The position numbers were made by a program, and so were the translations under genes. DNA of 64,000 nt from Deltaproteobacteria bacterium (lineage in GTDB: Bacteria > Myxococcota > XYA12-FULL-58-9): positions 12,177 through 76,176 of the forward strand of contig JACRCV010000034.1 of the NCBI GenBank assembly GCA_016218825.1, in the 5' to 3' direction. This document shows positions 1 through 8,454 of the stretch, in pieces; positions within the stretch are counted from its first letter, which is position 1, and each line of letters begins with the position of its first letter. The notes under the pieces were generated by a model. The model saw only the letters and a program-made list of their open reading frames with translations. It did no database searches and was not told the origin of the DNA.

Positions 1-311
1 ACTGGGGCGCGATGAGCTTGGTCCTGGACTACAACGTCATCGAGGGCGGCTTCTGGGGCACCAACGTCGCCAGCGATCCGCTCTTCGTCGGCGGCGGCGA
101 CTACCACCTCCAGGCCGCCTCCCCCGCCGTCGACGCCGGCAGCAACCTCCTGCTGCCGCTCGACGTCGACGATCAGGACGGCGACGGGGACCTTCTGGAG
201 CCCTGCCCCTTTGATCTCGCGGGCGCCGCCCGTCAGGTCGACGCCGCCCGGGCCGACACCGGCGTCGGCCCGGCGCCGATCGTCGACATGGGCGCGTTCG
301 AAGCGCCGTAG
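1..311 (+). CDS. C-terminal part (5'-truncated by window) of a secreted beta-helix protein with choice-of-anchor Q-like tail
   Basis: Frame open from window edge. Motifs DPLFV..GDYHLQAASPAVDAG, DLAGAAR and terminal VDMGAFE are typical of choice-of-anchor Q C-termini. Confidence 0.7.
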   Translation, partial: WGAMSLVLDYNVIEGGFWGTNVASDPLFVGGGDYHLQAASPAVDAGSNLLLPLDVDDQDGDGDLLEPCPFDLAGAARQVDAARADTGVGPAPIVDMGAFEAP

Positions 312-425
312 CGGATGGCCACGCCGCCAGCGCCGTCGCGCGCTCGGCCCCCGCGCCGCCCATTCGGAGGCGAGAAGGGGCACTGTCTTGAAAAAGGGCA
401 ATAGAGAGGGTACTACAGTCGTACG

Positions 426-1475
426 ATGATGTCCTTCCGTGGGGCCAAGCTCAGCGCGCTCACCCTGCCAGCGGGGACGGTGTGGCTCTTGACCGAGATC
501 GCCGAGGCCAAGGGCAAGGAGGCGCTCTACACCAAGCAGGCGCCGCAGGTGCTCACCGCGCTCAGGCAGATGGCGCTCATCCAGAGCGTCGAGTCGAGCA
601 ACCGCATCGAGGGCGTCGCCGTCGCGCCCGACCGGCTCGAGCCGCTCGTGCTCGGGCGGGCGCGGCCCAAGGATCGCTCCGAAGAGGAGATCCAAGGCTA
701 CCGCCGGGCACTCGCTCTCATCCATGACGACGCCTCCAAGCTCGAGGTCGAGCCCGACACCATGCTGCGGTTGCACGGCCTCTGTCAGGAGGGGGCCGGC
801 GACGCGGGCAAGTGGAAGCGCGTCGACAACGACATCATCGAGCTCAGGCCGGGCCAAGCTCCTCTCGTGCGCTTTCGGGCCGTGAAGGCCAGGGAGACCG
901 AGGCAGCCATCGGCGAGCTGTGCCTCGCCTATCGGCACGTCGTCGACCAGCGCCTCATGCACCCCCTCGTGGCCACTGCAGCGCTGGTCCTCGATTTCTT
1001 GTGCATCCACCCGTTTCGCGACGGTAACGGTCGCGTGTCGCGCCTGCTCACGCTGCTCGGGCTTTGCCGCCACGGCTTCGGCGTCGGGCGCTTCGTCAGC
1101 ATCGAGCGTGTCGTCGAAGAGTCGAAGGACGACTACTACGCCGCGTTGTACGAGAGCTCGAAAGGCTGGCACGAGGACGCTCACGATATCCTGCCTTGGC
1201 TCAATTACTTTCTCGGCGTCCTGCGCCGGGCGTATCGGGAGCTCGAGCAGCGCGACGAGCGTGCCCACGAACAGCGTGGCGCCAAGACCGCCCTCGTCGA
1301 AGCGGCGGTCGATCAGTTTCCCGGCGACTTCACCCTGCGCGATCTCGAGCGCGCCTGCCCCGGTGTGGGCCCGGACATGGTGCGCCGCGTGCTGCGCCAC
1401 ATGAAGGCTTCCGGCGCCGTGAAGTCGCTCGGGCGTGGACCAGGGGCTCGGTGGCAGCGGCTGCGCGCCAGGTGA
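426..1475 (+). CDS. Fic family protein (class II, N-terminal autoinhibitory motif) with C-terminal wHTH
   Basis: Canonical Fic motif HPFRDGNGRVSR, inhibitory (S/T)xxxE(G/N) motif SNRIEG, and C-terminal ...LGRGPGARW winged-helix pattern. Confidence 0.92.
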   Translation: MMSFRGAKLSALTLPAGTVWLLTEIAEAKGKEALYTKQAPQVLTALRQMALIQSVESSNRIEGVAVAPDRLEPLVLGRARPKDRSEEEIQGYRRALALIHDDASKLEVEPDTMLRLHGLCQEGAGDAGKWKRVDNDIIELRPGQAPLVRFRAVKARETEAAIGELCLAYRHVVDQRLMHPLVATAALVLDFLCIHPFRDGNGRVSRLLTLLGLCRHGFGVGRFVSIERVVEESKDDYYAALYESSKGWHEDAHDILPWLNYFLGVLRRAYRELEQRDERAHEQRGAKTALVEAAVDQFPGDFTLRDLERACPGVGPDMVRRVLRHMKASGAVKSLGRGPGARWQRLRAR

Positions 1476-1524
1476 CAACGAAGCGAGCCGCCGGTACGCA
1501 CGATTGCCGTCAAGGGGAGTCACC

Positions 1525-1635
1525 ATGAGCCGCTACATCGACAAGCACATCGCGTGGCAGCGGCGGGACACGAGGCGCAACACCCTTGCGCGCGTGGCCG
1601 ACACCGCCGAAACTGGCTCGCGATGGCCGTCATGA
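1525..1635 (+). CDS. 36-aa ORF (leader or gene fragment) whose stop overlaps the second candidate arr start (ATGA)
   Basis: RBS AAGGGGAG 5 nt before ATG1525; TGA 1633-1635 overlaps ATG1632. Confidence 0.3.
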   Translation: MSRYIDKHIAWQRRDTRRNTLARVADTAETGSRWPS

Positions 1636-2039
1636 TCGACCCTGGCTCGCAGCGGTACTTCCACGGCACGAAGGCCTCCCTGAAGCCTGGCGACCTGATC
1701 GAGGCAGGCCGCAGCTCTAACTACGGCACGAGGAAGAAGGCTGCGTACGTGTACCTGACCGCCACCTTGGACGCCGCCACGTGGGGCGCCGAGCTCGCCG
1801 TCGGCGAGGGACCTGGCAGGATCTACATCGTCGAGCCGACCGGACCCATCGAAGACGATCCCAACCTCACCGACAAGAAGTTCCCTGGCAACCCGACGAA
1901 GTCCTACCGCACGCGCGCCCCACTGCGGGTCACGGGAGAGATCACCGACTGGAAGGGCCACACGCCCGAGCAGCTCCAGGCGATGAGGGACCACCTCGAG
2001 CGACTCAAGGCGCAGGGTATCGAGGCCATCGAGGACTGA
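1623..2039 (+). CDS. arr: NAD(+)-rifampin ADP-ribosyltransferase Arr
   Basis: Diagnostic motifs YFHGTKA.L..GDLI, YVYLTATLDAATWGAELA, GRIYIVEPTGPIEDDPNLTDKKFPGNPTKSYR and WKGHTPE. Start is ATG1623 or ATG1632. Confidence 0.95.
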   Translation: MAVMIDPGSQRYFHGTKASLKPGDLIEAGRSSNYGTRKKAAYVYLTATLDAATWGAELAVGEGPGRIYIVEPTGPIEDDPNLTDKKFPGNPTKSYRTRAPLRVTGEITDWKGHTPEQLQAMRDHLERLKAQGIEAIED

Positions 2040-2132
2040 TCGCGGCGAGGGACCTTTGCGAAGCTCATCGTGAACATCGCGTTCTGGATGTGAGTGGCGT
2101 ATCGTGCTAGATTTGCTGGAGTTTAGGCGAGC

Positions 2133-2220
<88 letters not shown>

Positions 2221-2240
2221 CGCACCGAGCCCGACGCTGC

Positions 2241-2357
2241 AGGAGGAGGGTGAGAACCCCCGGCGGAGCGGCGCCGTCGACACCACGAAGATCATGCCTC
2301 TCGCACCAGCACCCGCGGCGACGCGACACCCCGGTGAGAATCCCTCCTCCTCCGCCA
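2241..2357 (+). repeat. tRNA-linked repeat (RtT-like), copy 1, 117 bp
   Basis: Identical to 2394-2510 and 3875-3991. Starts with a near-reverse-complement of the tRNA-Ser 3' end and ends with the tRNA's last 20 nt incl. CCA. Confidence 0.93.
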
Positions 2358-2393
2358 GTAACCAACTCGCGAGCTAGTCGACCCATCGTCGCG

Positions 2394-2510
2394 AGGAGGA
2401 GGGTGAGAACCCCCGGCGGAGCGGCGCCGTCGACACCACGAAGATCATGCCTCTCGCACCAGCACCCGCGGCGACGCGACACCCCGGTGAGAATCCCTCC
2501 TCCTCCGCCA
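2394..2510 (+). repeat. tRNA-linked repeat (RtT-like), copy 2, 117 bp
   Basis: Exact copy of 2241-2357, separated from it by a unique 36-bp spacer. Confidence 0.93.
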
Positions 2511-2577
2511 ACTTTCTTCTTTGATCCTGCCGGGTTCTCCGGCTTCCGTGTTGGGCCGCCCGCCGGCCATCGAAAAA

Positions 2578-2597
2578 TGTAACGAGCGCTGTAACGA
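2578..2597 (+). promoter_or_regulatory. Putative integrase arm-type sites (left): TGTAACGA x2
   Basis: TGTAACGA at 2578-2585 and 2590-2597, mirrored by 3673-3689 on the opposite strand. Confidence 0.55.
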
Positions 2598-2810
2598 ATC
2601 GTCGCCGTTCGCTGCCCCTGGGGTGGCCGGCGTCGTTGCGACATCAGGTGCCGCAGAGCCGGCCGCAGCGGCTTTCGGCAGAGCGATCACCCGCGCATAC
2701 AGGGCGACTCTCTGCCGGTGCACCTTCGATTGCTCCATGATCTGACCCTCCGAGCGACGTGGGAAGGTGGAGCCGGGGATTGCGGTCCCCGGCTCCTTCC
2801 TCCCTTCGGG

Positions 2811-3129
2811 CTACTTGACGCGAAGCGTGGTCGAGGTCTGGGGACGGAAGATGGCGTTGACGATCTCGGCGGAGAACTGCGACAGCGCCTTCTTCCGGTC
2901 GGCCATCCACCGCGTGGTGCTGAACAGCGACGCCGTGTGACCGCCGGCCGACACGAAGGAGTCAACGCCCTTCGTTTCCATCGCCTCGCGGACGCGGCCC
3001 CGAAGGACTTTGGCGCGACGCTCCATCTCGACGATCTCGGTCTGCACAGCGGCCAGGCGATCAACGTCGCCGGACAGGTCGTTGAGGGTCTCGGTCGGAA
3101 GGGTTAACGAGTTGGGCGATGGCTGACAT
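2811..3129 (-). pseudogene. Phage-like small coiled-coil protein, apparently frameshifted near its N-terminus
   Basis: RBS AAGGGAG + ATG3129 (MSAIAQLV) is out of frame with the long ORF (..TLPTETLNDLSGDVDRLAAVQTEIVEMERRAK..TTLRVK*). Removing one base near 3105 joins them. Confidence 0.5.
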
Positions 3130-3147
3130 GGCGTGCTCCCTTGGTTG

Positions 3148-3193
3148 AATAATCACGATAGGATTATTATAATCGCAGCAGGATTATTGTCAA
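3148..3193 (-). promoter_or_regulatory. Consensus sigma70 promoter (TTGACA-N16-TATAAT) overlapped by two operator palindromes (A)ATAATC-N7-GATTAT(T)
   Basis: -35 at 3193-3188 and -10 at 3171-3166 on the minus strand; palindromes at 3148-3168 and 3169-3187. Confidence 0.8.
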
Positions 3194-3227
3194 GCGGAAA
3201 ACGCAAAGAGGGGTCGCCTGGCGGCTG

Positions 3228-3443
3228 CTAGATGTTCACCCAAGCGGAGACGGGTACGCTGCTTCGGGTGAGCTTCTCGATCTGGGCGGCAAGCTCCCAG
3301 CTCGGGCGCCCCTCCCCTCGGCACAGCTTGTCGACGTATTGCCTAGTTACGTTGAGCTTCTCCGCCGCCCAATCACGTGACTTGCCAGACTCATCGAGCC
3401 ACTGGGCGAAGGCAGTCTGCTTGTTCTTGCGGGCGCGGGCCAT
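3228..3443 (-). CDS. Cro/XRE-family helix-turn-helix regulator
   Basis: AAEKLNVTRQYVDKLCRGEGRPSWELAAQIEKLT..VPVSAW is a Cro/YdaS-like HTH pattern. Start taken at ATG3443. Confidence 0.85.
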   Translation of the reverse strand: MARARKNKQTAFAQWLDESGKSRDWAAEKLNVTRQYVDKLCRGEGRPSWELAAQIEKLTRSSVPVSAWVNI

Positions 3444-3672
3444 AAAAATCCCCAAAGGATTATTTACGCCTTGTTGCCGGAGTCGTCAACATCCTTCGTG
3501 GACAGCGAGATGACGTCGCTACCTGGGCTCGTCGCCTTCAAGGAAGCGCAACAGATCGAACAACCGACGACGCAAAGCCTTTGGATCCTGTTCTTCCATC
3601 CAGGCCCGCTGCGCGGCAGCGATCTGCTCGGCCACGTCGTCGCTGAGCCCCGCGCGGTCAGTCACCGGTGAC

Positions 3673-3689
3673 TCGTTACACCCGTTACA
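3673..3689 (-). promoter_or_regulatory. Putative integrase arm-type sites (right): TGTAACG(G/A) x2
   Basis: Reverse complement reads TGTAACGG-G-TGTAACGA, ~110 bp inside the att duplication. Confidence 0.55.
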
Positions 3690-3797
3690 TGCACCCTCCG
3701 TGGGAGCCGATGACGATGGGACGCCGGACACCGCAAGCCCCCGATTTTGCTCTGGAGAATCAGCAAGACCCGGTGAGGATCCGGCACTGTCTTGTGT

Positions 3798-3854
<57 letters not shown>

Positions 3855-3874
3855 CGCACCGAGGCCGACGCTGC

Positions 3875-3991
3875 AGGAGGAGGGTGAGAACCCCCGGCGG
3901 AGCGGCGCCGTCGACACCACGAAGATCATGCCTCTCGCACCAGCACCCGCGGCGACGCGACACCCCGGTGAGAATCCCTCCTCCTCCGCCA
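3875..3991 (+). repeat. tRNA-linked repeat (RtT-like), copy 3, 117 bp
   Basis: Exact copy of 2241-2357, preceded by the same 20-bp spacer with 1 mismatch. Confidence 0.93.
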
Positions 3992-4144
3992 CACACCGCG
4001 GGGTGCGGTGCCACACGCCACCACTCCGCGGATTCGTCGGCGCCGACGTACTCGTTGACCCCCGCTTTCCGGCTGCCGTAGGCTTCGGGTCGTGAGGCAA
4101 CTCTCTTCCATCGGTCGACGCATAGGGCCGTCGGCGGCGAACGC

Positions 4145-4733
4145 ATGACGACATCCACCGACGACCTCACCCGCCTCATGACCGCGCCGCGTGAGGGCCA
4201 GAACCCACCAGGACTTCACCGAGACCGGCCGGTCGGTGATGGTGGAGATCTACGCCGATCGCATGGAAGTCTCGAACCCCGGGCGACCGTTCATCGCGCC
4301 TGAGCGGTTCATCGACGAGTACCGGTCACGAAACGAGCGCTTGGCGGACATCATGCGTCGCGTGCGAATCTGCGAAGAGAAGGGGAGCGGCATCGACAAG
4401 GTCGTGCAGGCCGCCGAGGTGTTCCAGCTCCCGGGCCCGGACTTCCGTGCAGGCGAGCGCGACACGACCGTGGTGCTCTTCGCGCACAAGGACTTCGAGG
4501 ACATGGATCGCGGCGACCGCGTGCGCGCGTGCTACCAGCACTGCTGCCTGCGCTACGTCATGAACGAGAAGATGACGAACCAGAGCCTGCGCGATCGGTT
4601 CAAGCTGGACGACACGAAGTCCGCCACCGTGTCCCAGATCATCGCGGCAGCGGTCGAGGCGGGTCTCGTGAAGCTCGACGAGGCCGGAACGCCCTCAAAA
4701 CGGTATGCGAGGTACTTGCCGTTTTGGGCGTAG
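4145..4733 (+). pseudogene. Internally deleted AlbA/Schlafen + RecG-C (HATPase_c_4)-type ATP-binding/HTH protein
   Basis: C-terminal half is recognisable (HQDF....VMVEIYADRMEVSNPG..SRNERLADIMRRVRICEEKGSGIDKV..MTNQSLRDRF..YLPFWA). A short out-of-frame N-terminus MTTSTDDLTRLMTAPREG at 4145 joins it directly. Confidence 0.7.
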
Positions 4734-4879
4734 GTTCTTGAGTAGGGCACGGTGCGCCATTTTATCGAGAGGCCGGCGCCAGCCCGCGAATTTGGCTAAC
4801 TGTTGGATTCTTTGGCTGTTTCTCATTTAAACGCAAACCCGCGACCGCGATCTACGGGCGCCTTGGTTACGCCCGCCGT

Positions 4880-5689
4880 GGCGGGGCGGCTGACTCTCTT
4901 GAGCGACGGCACCCGGGACCCGGCCATTCTCCAGGAGCAGACGGTCCTCATCTATCAGAGGTTGAGCAATGCGGCGGGCCTCAGGAAGTCGACCTACCGC
5001 GAGAGCCGCAAACGCCTGGAGGATGCCGCCAAGGCCACGATTGTCGCTTCGGTCAAGAAATGGCGGCAGGGGAAGCCGCCCAGGACGAAGGACTCGAGAT
5101 CGAGAGCGACGTGCTCTGGGAGCACGCCTGCACAGCGCCGCAGTTGCGATCCTGGATCAAGAGAGGCCTTACCGTGGGATCGGTGTGGGACGAGCACGGC
5201 CTGCTCGTTCCGGAGATGAGCTACGAACTAAGGGACAAGCTGTTCGAAGCCACGCGGGCTGCGCTGATGGTGTCCGAGATCATGGCGCCCGTCGTAGCCG
5301 CGATGGGCCTACAATACGGGCGGACCGAACGAGCCGTGGTGGATGCATTCACCAAGCCGCGCATCGCCGAGCGGATCAAGCGGTTCTTCGAGTTCATGCG
5401 GGACCTGCCACCGGACGAGGTGGAGCAGTTCGTCAGGGGGCTCGAGACCGCGAAGATGGCGGCGCGCGCGAGCGGAGAGGAGAGCCTCAAGGACCGGCTG
5501 CGATACCGCTACGGCTTCAACACGCCGTTTCGCCCCTACGTTCTGGTCGCCTCAGACGTGATGCAGGAGGGCCTCGATCTCCATCGGGAATGCTCCCGAG
5601 TCGTCCACTACGACCTCGCGTGGAACCCGGCGATCCTCGAACAGCGAGTTGGTCGGGTGGACCGGCTAGGCAGCAAGACCGACTCGTGA
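4880..5689 (+). pseudogene. Fragment of an SF2 helicase (C-terminal RecA domain only, truncated after motif VI)
   Basis: FNTPFRPYVLVASDVMQEGLDLH..VVHYDLAWNPAILEQRVGRVDR = motifs V/VI. No Walker A or DExD motif, stop right after motif VI, possible frameshift near 5060. Start approximate. Confidence 0.7.
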
Positions 5690-5811
5690 ACGCCGCGCTT
5701 CTTCGTGCGGCAGATGTCGCAGGTGGCTTCCATGTTTGCAGCGCGGCGGCGTTTCTCGCGTACTCCATCGGCGAAAGTCCGTCCAGCGAGCTGCGACGGA
5801 AGCGCTCTCGC

Positions 5812-5950
5812 GAAACCTCGGCGGAGCAGGAATCCAGAAATCGTCCGGAATTGACGGGAAGAACACGGCAGACTTCGCCGACGCCGTCACCTGCACCGCT
5901 ACCGACGCCGCCACCGTCACCGGCCCTGTCGCCGGCGCTGCCGCTGTCCC
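5812..5950 (+). repeat. Dispersed intergenic element: 21-bp motif GAAACCTCGGCGGAGCAGGAA followed by a hexamer (ACCGYC-like) tract
   Basis: 21-mer identical to 6951-6971; both are followed by degenerate 6-bp periodic tracts. Confidence 0.55.
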
Positions 5951-6133
5951 TCCCCGCCTCTGCTGCAGCCCCCGCTTCGCCCCACGCGTTCGTCAGCCAG
6001 GCGCATCAACCGGGTGTAGTTCAAAGTGGGCGGCAGCGGGTGGTGGCGGCGGTGCGGTGCGAGCTGCGTCGGCGTCGGCCGCGGTTGTCGCAGCCCTGCT
6101 CCAAACGGTTCCCATGAAGAAGGAGACCGCGCC

Positions 6134-6928
6134 ATGACGCGTGCGAATACAGGAGTGCTCTCTCGGTCGCGCCCACGGTCGCGCAGTTGGCGCGCGGCGA
6201 CCATGCTAATCCTCGTCGGAGGCTGCGGCCACTGCCAAGGGGCGCCCTCGGAGGTGGCCCGAGACCACCTGTTCTTCTGTGCGCGCTACCTCGAGGCCGG
6301 CGAACTGGAGAAGGCCGAGATGCGCTGCGAGCTGGCGCTGGAGCACGAGCCCAATCTGCCGGAGGCGTTCAACCTGCTCGGTCTCATCGCTCGGCACCGC
6401 GGTCAGGATGACGCCGCGGCGAGGAGCTACAAGCAGGCAATCGCGCTGCGCGCGGACTTTCCGGAAGCGCTCAGCAACTACGGTGAGCTATTCATGGATC
6501 GCCGCGAGTACGCGAGGGCGTGCGAGCTCTTCCAAGAGGCCATTCGCATCGACCCGAGCTTCGTGGTGGCGCGGGCCAATCTCGGCCGCTGTCTGTACCA
6601 CGAGGATGAGCGCGCCCAGGCGCGCAAGGAGTTCTTGAAGTGCCTGGAGCAGGACCCGGATCAGTGCGCCTGTCGGCTTGGGTTGGGCGTGCTCGCGGCC
6701 GACGCGCGCGCGTTGGACGAGGCGAAGGAGCACTTCACGCGGCTAACGGAGATCTGTCCCAACGACGCGACCGGCCACTACAACCTGTGCTGGACGTTTC
6801 TCGAGAAGGGCAAGTGCGTCGAAGCCGTCGTCGCCTGCGGGCAGGCGCTGAAGCTCGACCCAGGGCACCTGGAAGCCCGGCAGGCCATCGAGAAGGCCCA
6901 CAGCTGCGGTGGCGCGAGAGGTGGCTAG
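6134..6928 (+). CDS. Cys-rich TPR lipoprotein (Tgl/PilF pilotin-like)
   Basis: RBS AGGAG before ATG6134, Arg-rich N-region plus hydrophobic segment ending in VGGC, and tandem TPRs (EAFNLLG, EALSNYG, VARANLG, CRLGLG, GHYNLC). Confidence 0.75.
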   Translation: MTRANTGVLSRSRPRSRSWRAATMLILVGGCGHCQGAPSEVARDHLFFCARYLEAGELEKAEMRCELALEHEPNLPEAFNLLGLIARHRGQDDAAARSYKQAIALRADFPEALSNYGELFMDRREYARACELFQEAIRIDPSFVVARANLGRCLYHEDERAQARKEFLKCLEQDPDQCACRLGLGVLAADARALDEAKEHFTRLTEICPNDATGHYNLCWTFLEKGKCVEAVVACGQALKLDPGHLEARQAIEKAHSCGGARGG

Positions 6929-6950
6929 CGACCGGCTCCGTTCTCCCGCA

Positions 6951-7080
6951 GAAACCTCGGCGGAGCAGGAACCCAAGACATGAGGGTATGAGGGCGCTGT
7001 CGCTTCGCGCTCCGGCGCTGTCGCCGACACCGCAACCGCAACAGCTACCGCCACCGATAACGATACCGGCGCTCCCGCTG
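6951..7080 (+). repeat. Second copy of the dispersed 21-bp motif + hexamer tract
   Basis: See 5812-5950. Confidence 0.55.
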
Positions 7081-7127
7081 ACAGGCTCGTCCTGTAACGC
7101 CTGGCGTCCGTCCTCCCTCCAGTCTAG

Positions 7128-7895
7128 ATGGGCGGCATGGATCCCAAGGACCGGCTGTTGGCTGACACATTCGATGGCCAGGCGGAGAAGTTCGAGCGCG
7201 CCCTCTTGCAGAGCGATGCCGCTGCGCTGGCCCGTCTCGTCGCCTTTGCCGGGCTGTCGGCGGGCAGCAAGGTCTTCGACGCAGGGTGCGGACCTGGACT
7301 GGTGGGCGAGGCGTTTCTGGAGGCGGGACATGTTGTGCACGGCATCGACCTGTCCGCGGAGATGGTTCGCCGCGCCCGCGAGCGGTGTGCCCGGTTTGGC
7401 GAGCGGGCCACCTTCGAGCAGGGGTCGGCGCTCGATCTGACGACCGCGGGCTCGTTCGACGCTGCTGTTTCGCGGCTCGTCGTTCATCACACGACCGATC
7501 CCTTGGCCTTCATGATGGCGCAGGTGCAGCTCGTCCGTCCGCAGGGCGCACTGGTGCTGTGCGATCACACGACGGATCCGGAGCGTGCGCGTGCACGTTG
7601 GCACAACGAGATCGAGCGAGCGCGCGATCGCAGTCACGCGCGGAGTCTCCCGCCGGGCGAGCTACTCGAGTTGCTGGCTCGCGCCGGCCTGGAGTCGATC
7701 CGCTACGCAGAGGAGTGGCACGATCTCGACTTCGACGAGTGGTTCGATCGCGGAACCCCGGTGTTGCCCAAGGCGGAGGTTCGGGTGAAGCTCTTGTCGG
7801 GGAGCGCGCGCGGGTTCACACCCAGCCTGCGGCCCGACGGTGGCATCTCTATCCGGGGTTGCTGGGCGATGTTGTGCGGAGTGAAGCCTCGCTGA
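7128..7895 (+). CDS. Class I SAM-dependent methyltransferase
   Basis: VFDAGCGPG, GIDLSAEMV, SFDAAVSRLVVHH, VRPQGALVLCD. Confidence 0.92.
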   Translation: MGGMDPKDRLLADTFDGQAEKFERALLQSDAAALARLVAFAGLSAGSKVFDAGCGPGLVGEAFLEAGHVVHGIDLSAEMVRRARERCARFGERATFEQGSALDLTTAGSFDAAVSRLVVHHTTDPLAFMMAQVQLVRPQGALVLCDHTTDPERARARWHNEIERARDRSHARSLPPGELLELLARAGLESIRYAEEWHDLDFDEWFDRGTPVLPKAEVRVKLLSGSARGFTPSLRPDGGISIRGCWAMLCGVKPR

Positions 7896-7946
7896 ATGCG
7901 GCGCGGCTCTGCCGCGCGGCCGCAGCTCAAGGGTGGACGGGTCAAC

Positions 7947-8061
7947 GACCGCCATCACCGCCACCGTCGCCGCATGCCGCCACCGTCACCGTCACCGTAA
8001 CCGTAAACCGTAACCGTAACCGCCACCGCCGCTGTAGCTGTCACTGTAGCTGTTGCTGCAG
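7947..8061. repeat. Low-complexity hexamer tract (ACCGTC/ACCGTA/GCTGTA)
   Basis: Visible 6-bp periodicity between convergent genes. Confidence 0.6.
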
Positions 8062-8133
8062 TTTCGTCCGCGACTCGAGCGGCCCCGGCCGCTGTTCGTC
8101 AGAACCGTCGACCGAAGGCTGCCTTGATCACGG

Positions 8134-8430
8134 TCACTGCGGCCTCGAATCCAACCACTCGAAGTATTTCCGCACGCCGGTCTTTCCCGATTCCACGAGC
8201 TTGTTCTTCAGCTCATCGGTGAGGTCGAACTGGGTCGTCTTCACGCCGAGCGAGTCGATGTAGATGGTCCGCTGCCAATCGTCGCTGTGCAGATGGCTGC
8301 TCGACTGGGCGTCGAGGATCGTCTCGACGAGCGCCAGGGCGTGGTCGAAGAAGCTGTCGATCTGACGGTGGGCCGGCTCGGCGTGGTCGCGGAACATCGA
8401 GATCTCGTCCTTGGTGTCGAGCCGGAAGCG
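8134..8430 (-). pseudogene. C-terminal fragment of a patatin-like phospholipase
   Basis: FRLD..., HLHSDDWQRTIYIDSLGVKTTQFDL..LVESG..YFEW resembles patatin C-termini. The GxSxG/DGG catalytic part is absent; upstream is integrase sequence in the opposite orientation. Confidence 0.6.
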
Positions 8431-8454
8431 GGCCGGGCTCAGGCCGTTCGAGTG

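Noticed and set aside
2221-2510. CRISPR array (repeat-spacer-repeat look)
   Set aside because: Repeats are 117 bp and derived from the tRNA 3' end, there are only two tandem copies, spacers are unequal, and no cas genes are present.
4969-6117. 382-aa ORF and neighbours in the 5.7-6.1 kb gap
   Set aside because: Alternative frames over the helicase fragment and a low-complexity hexamer tract.
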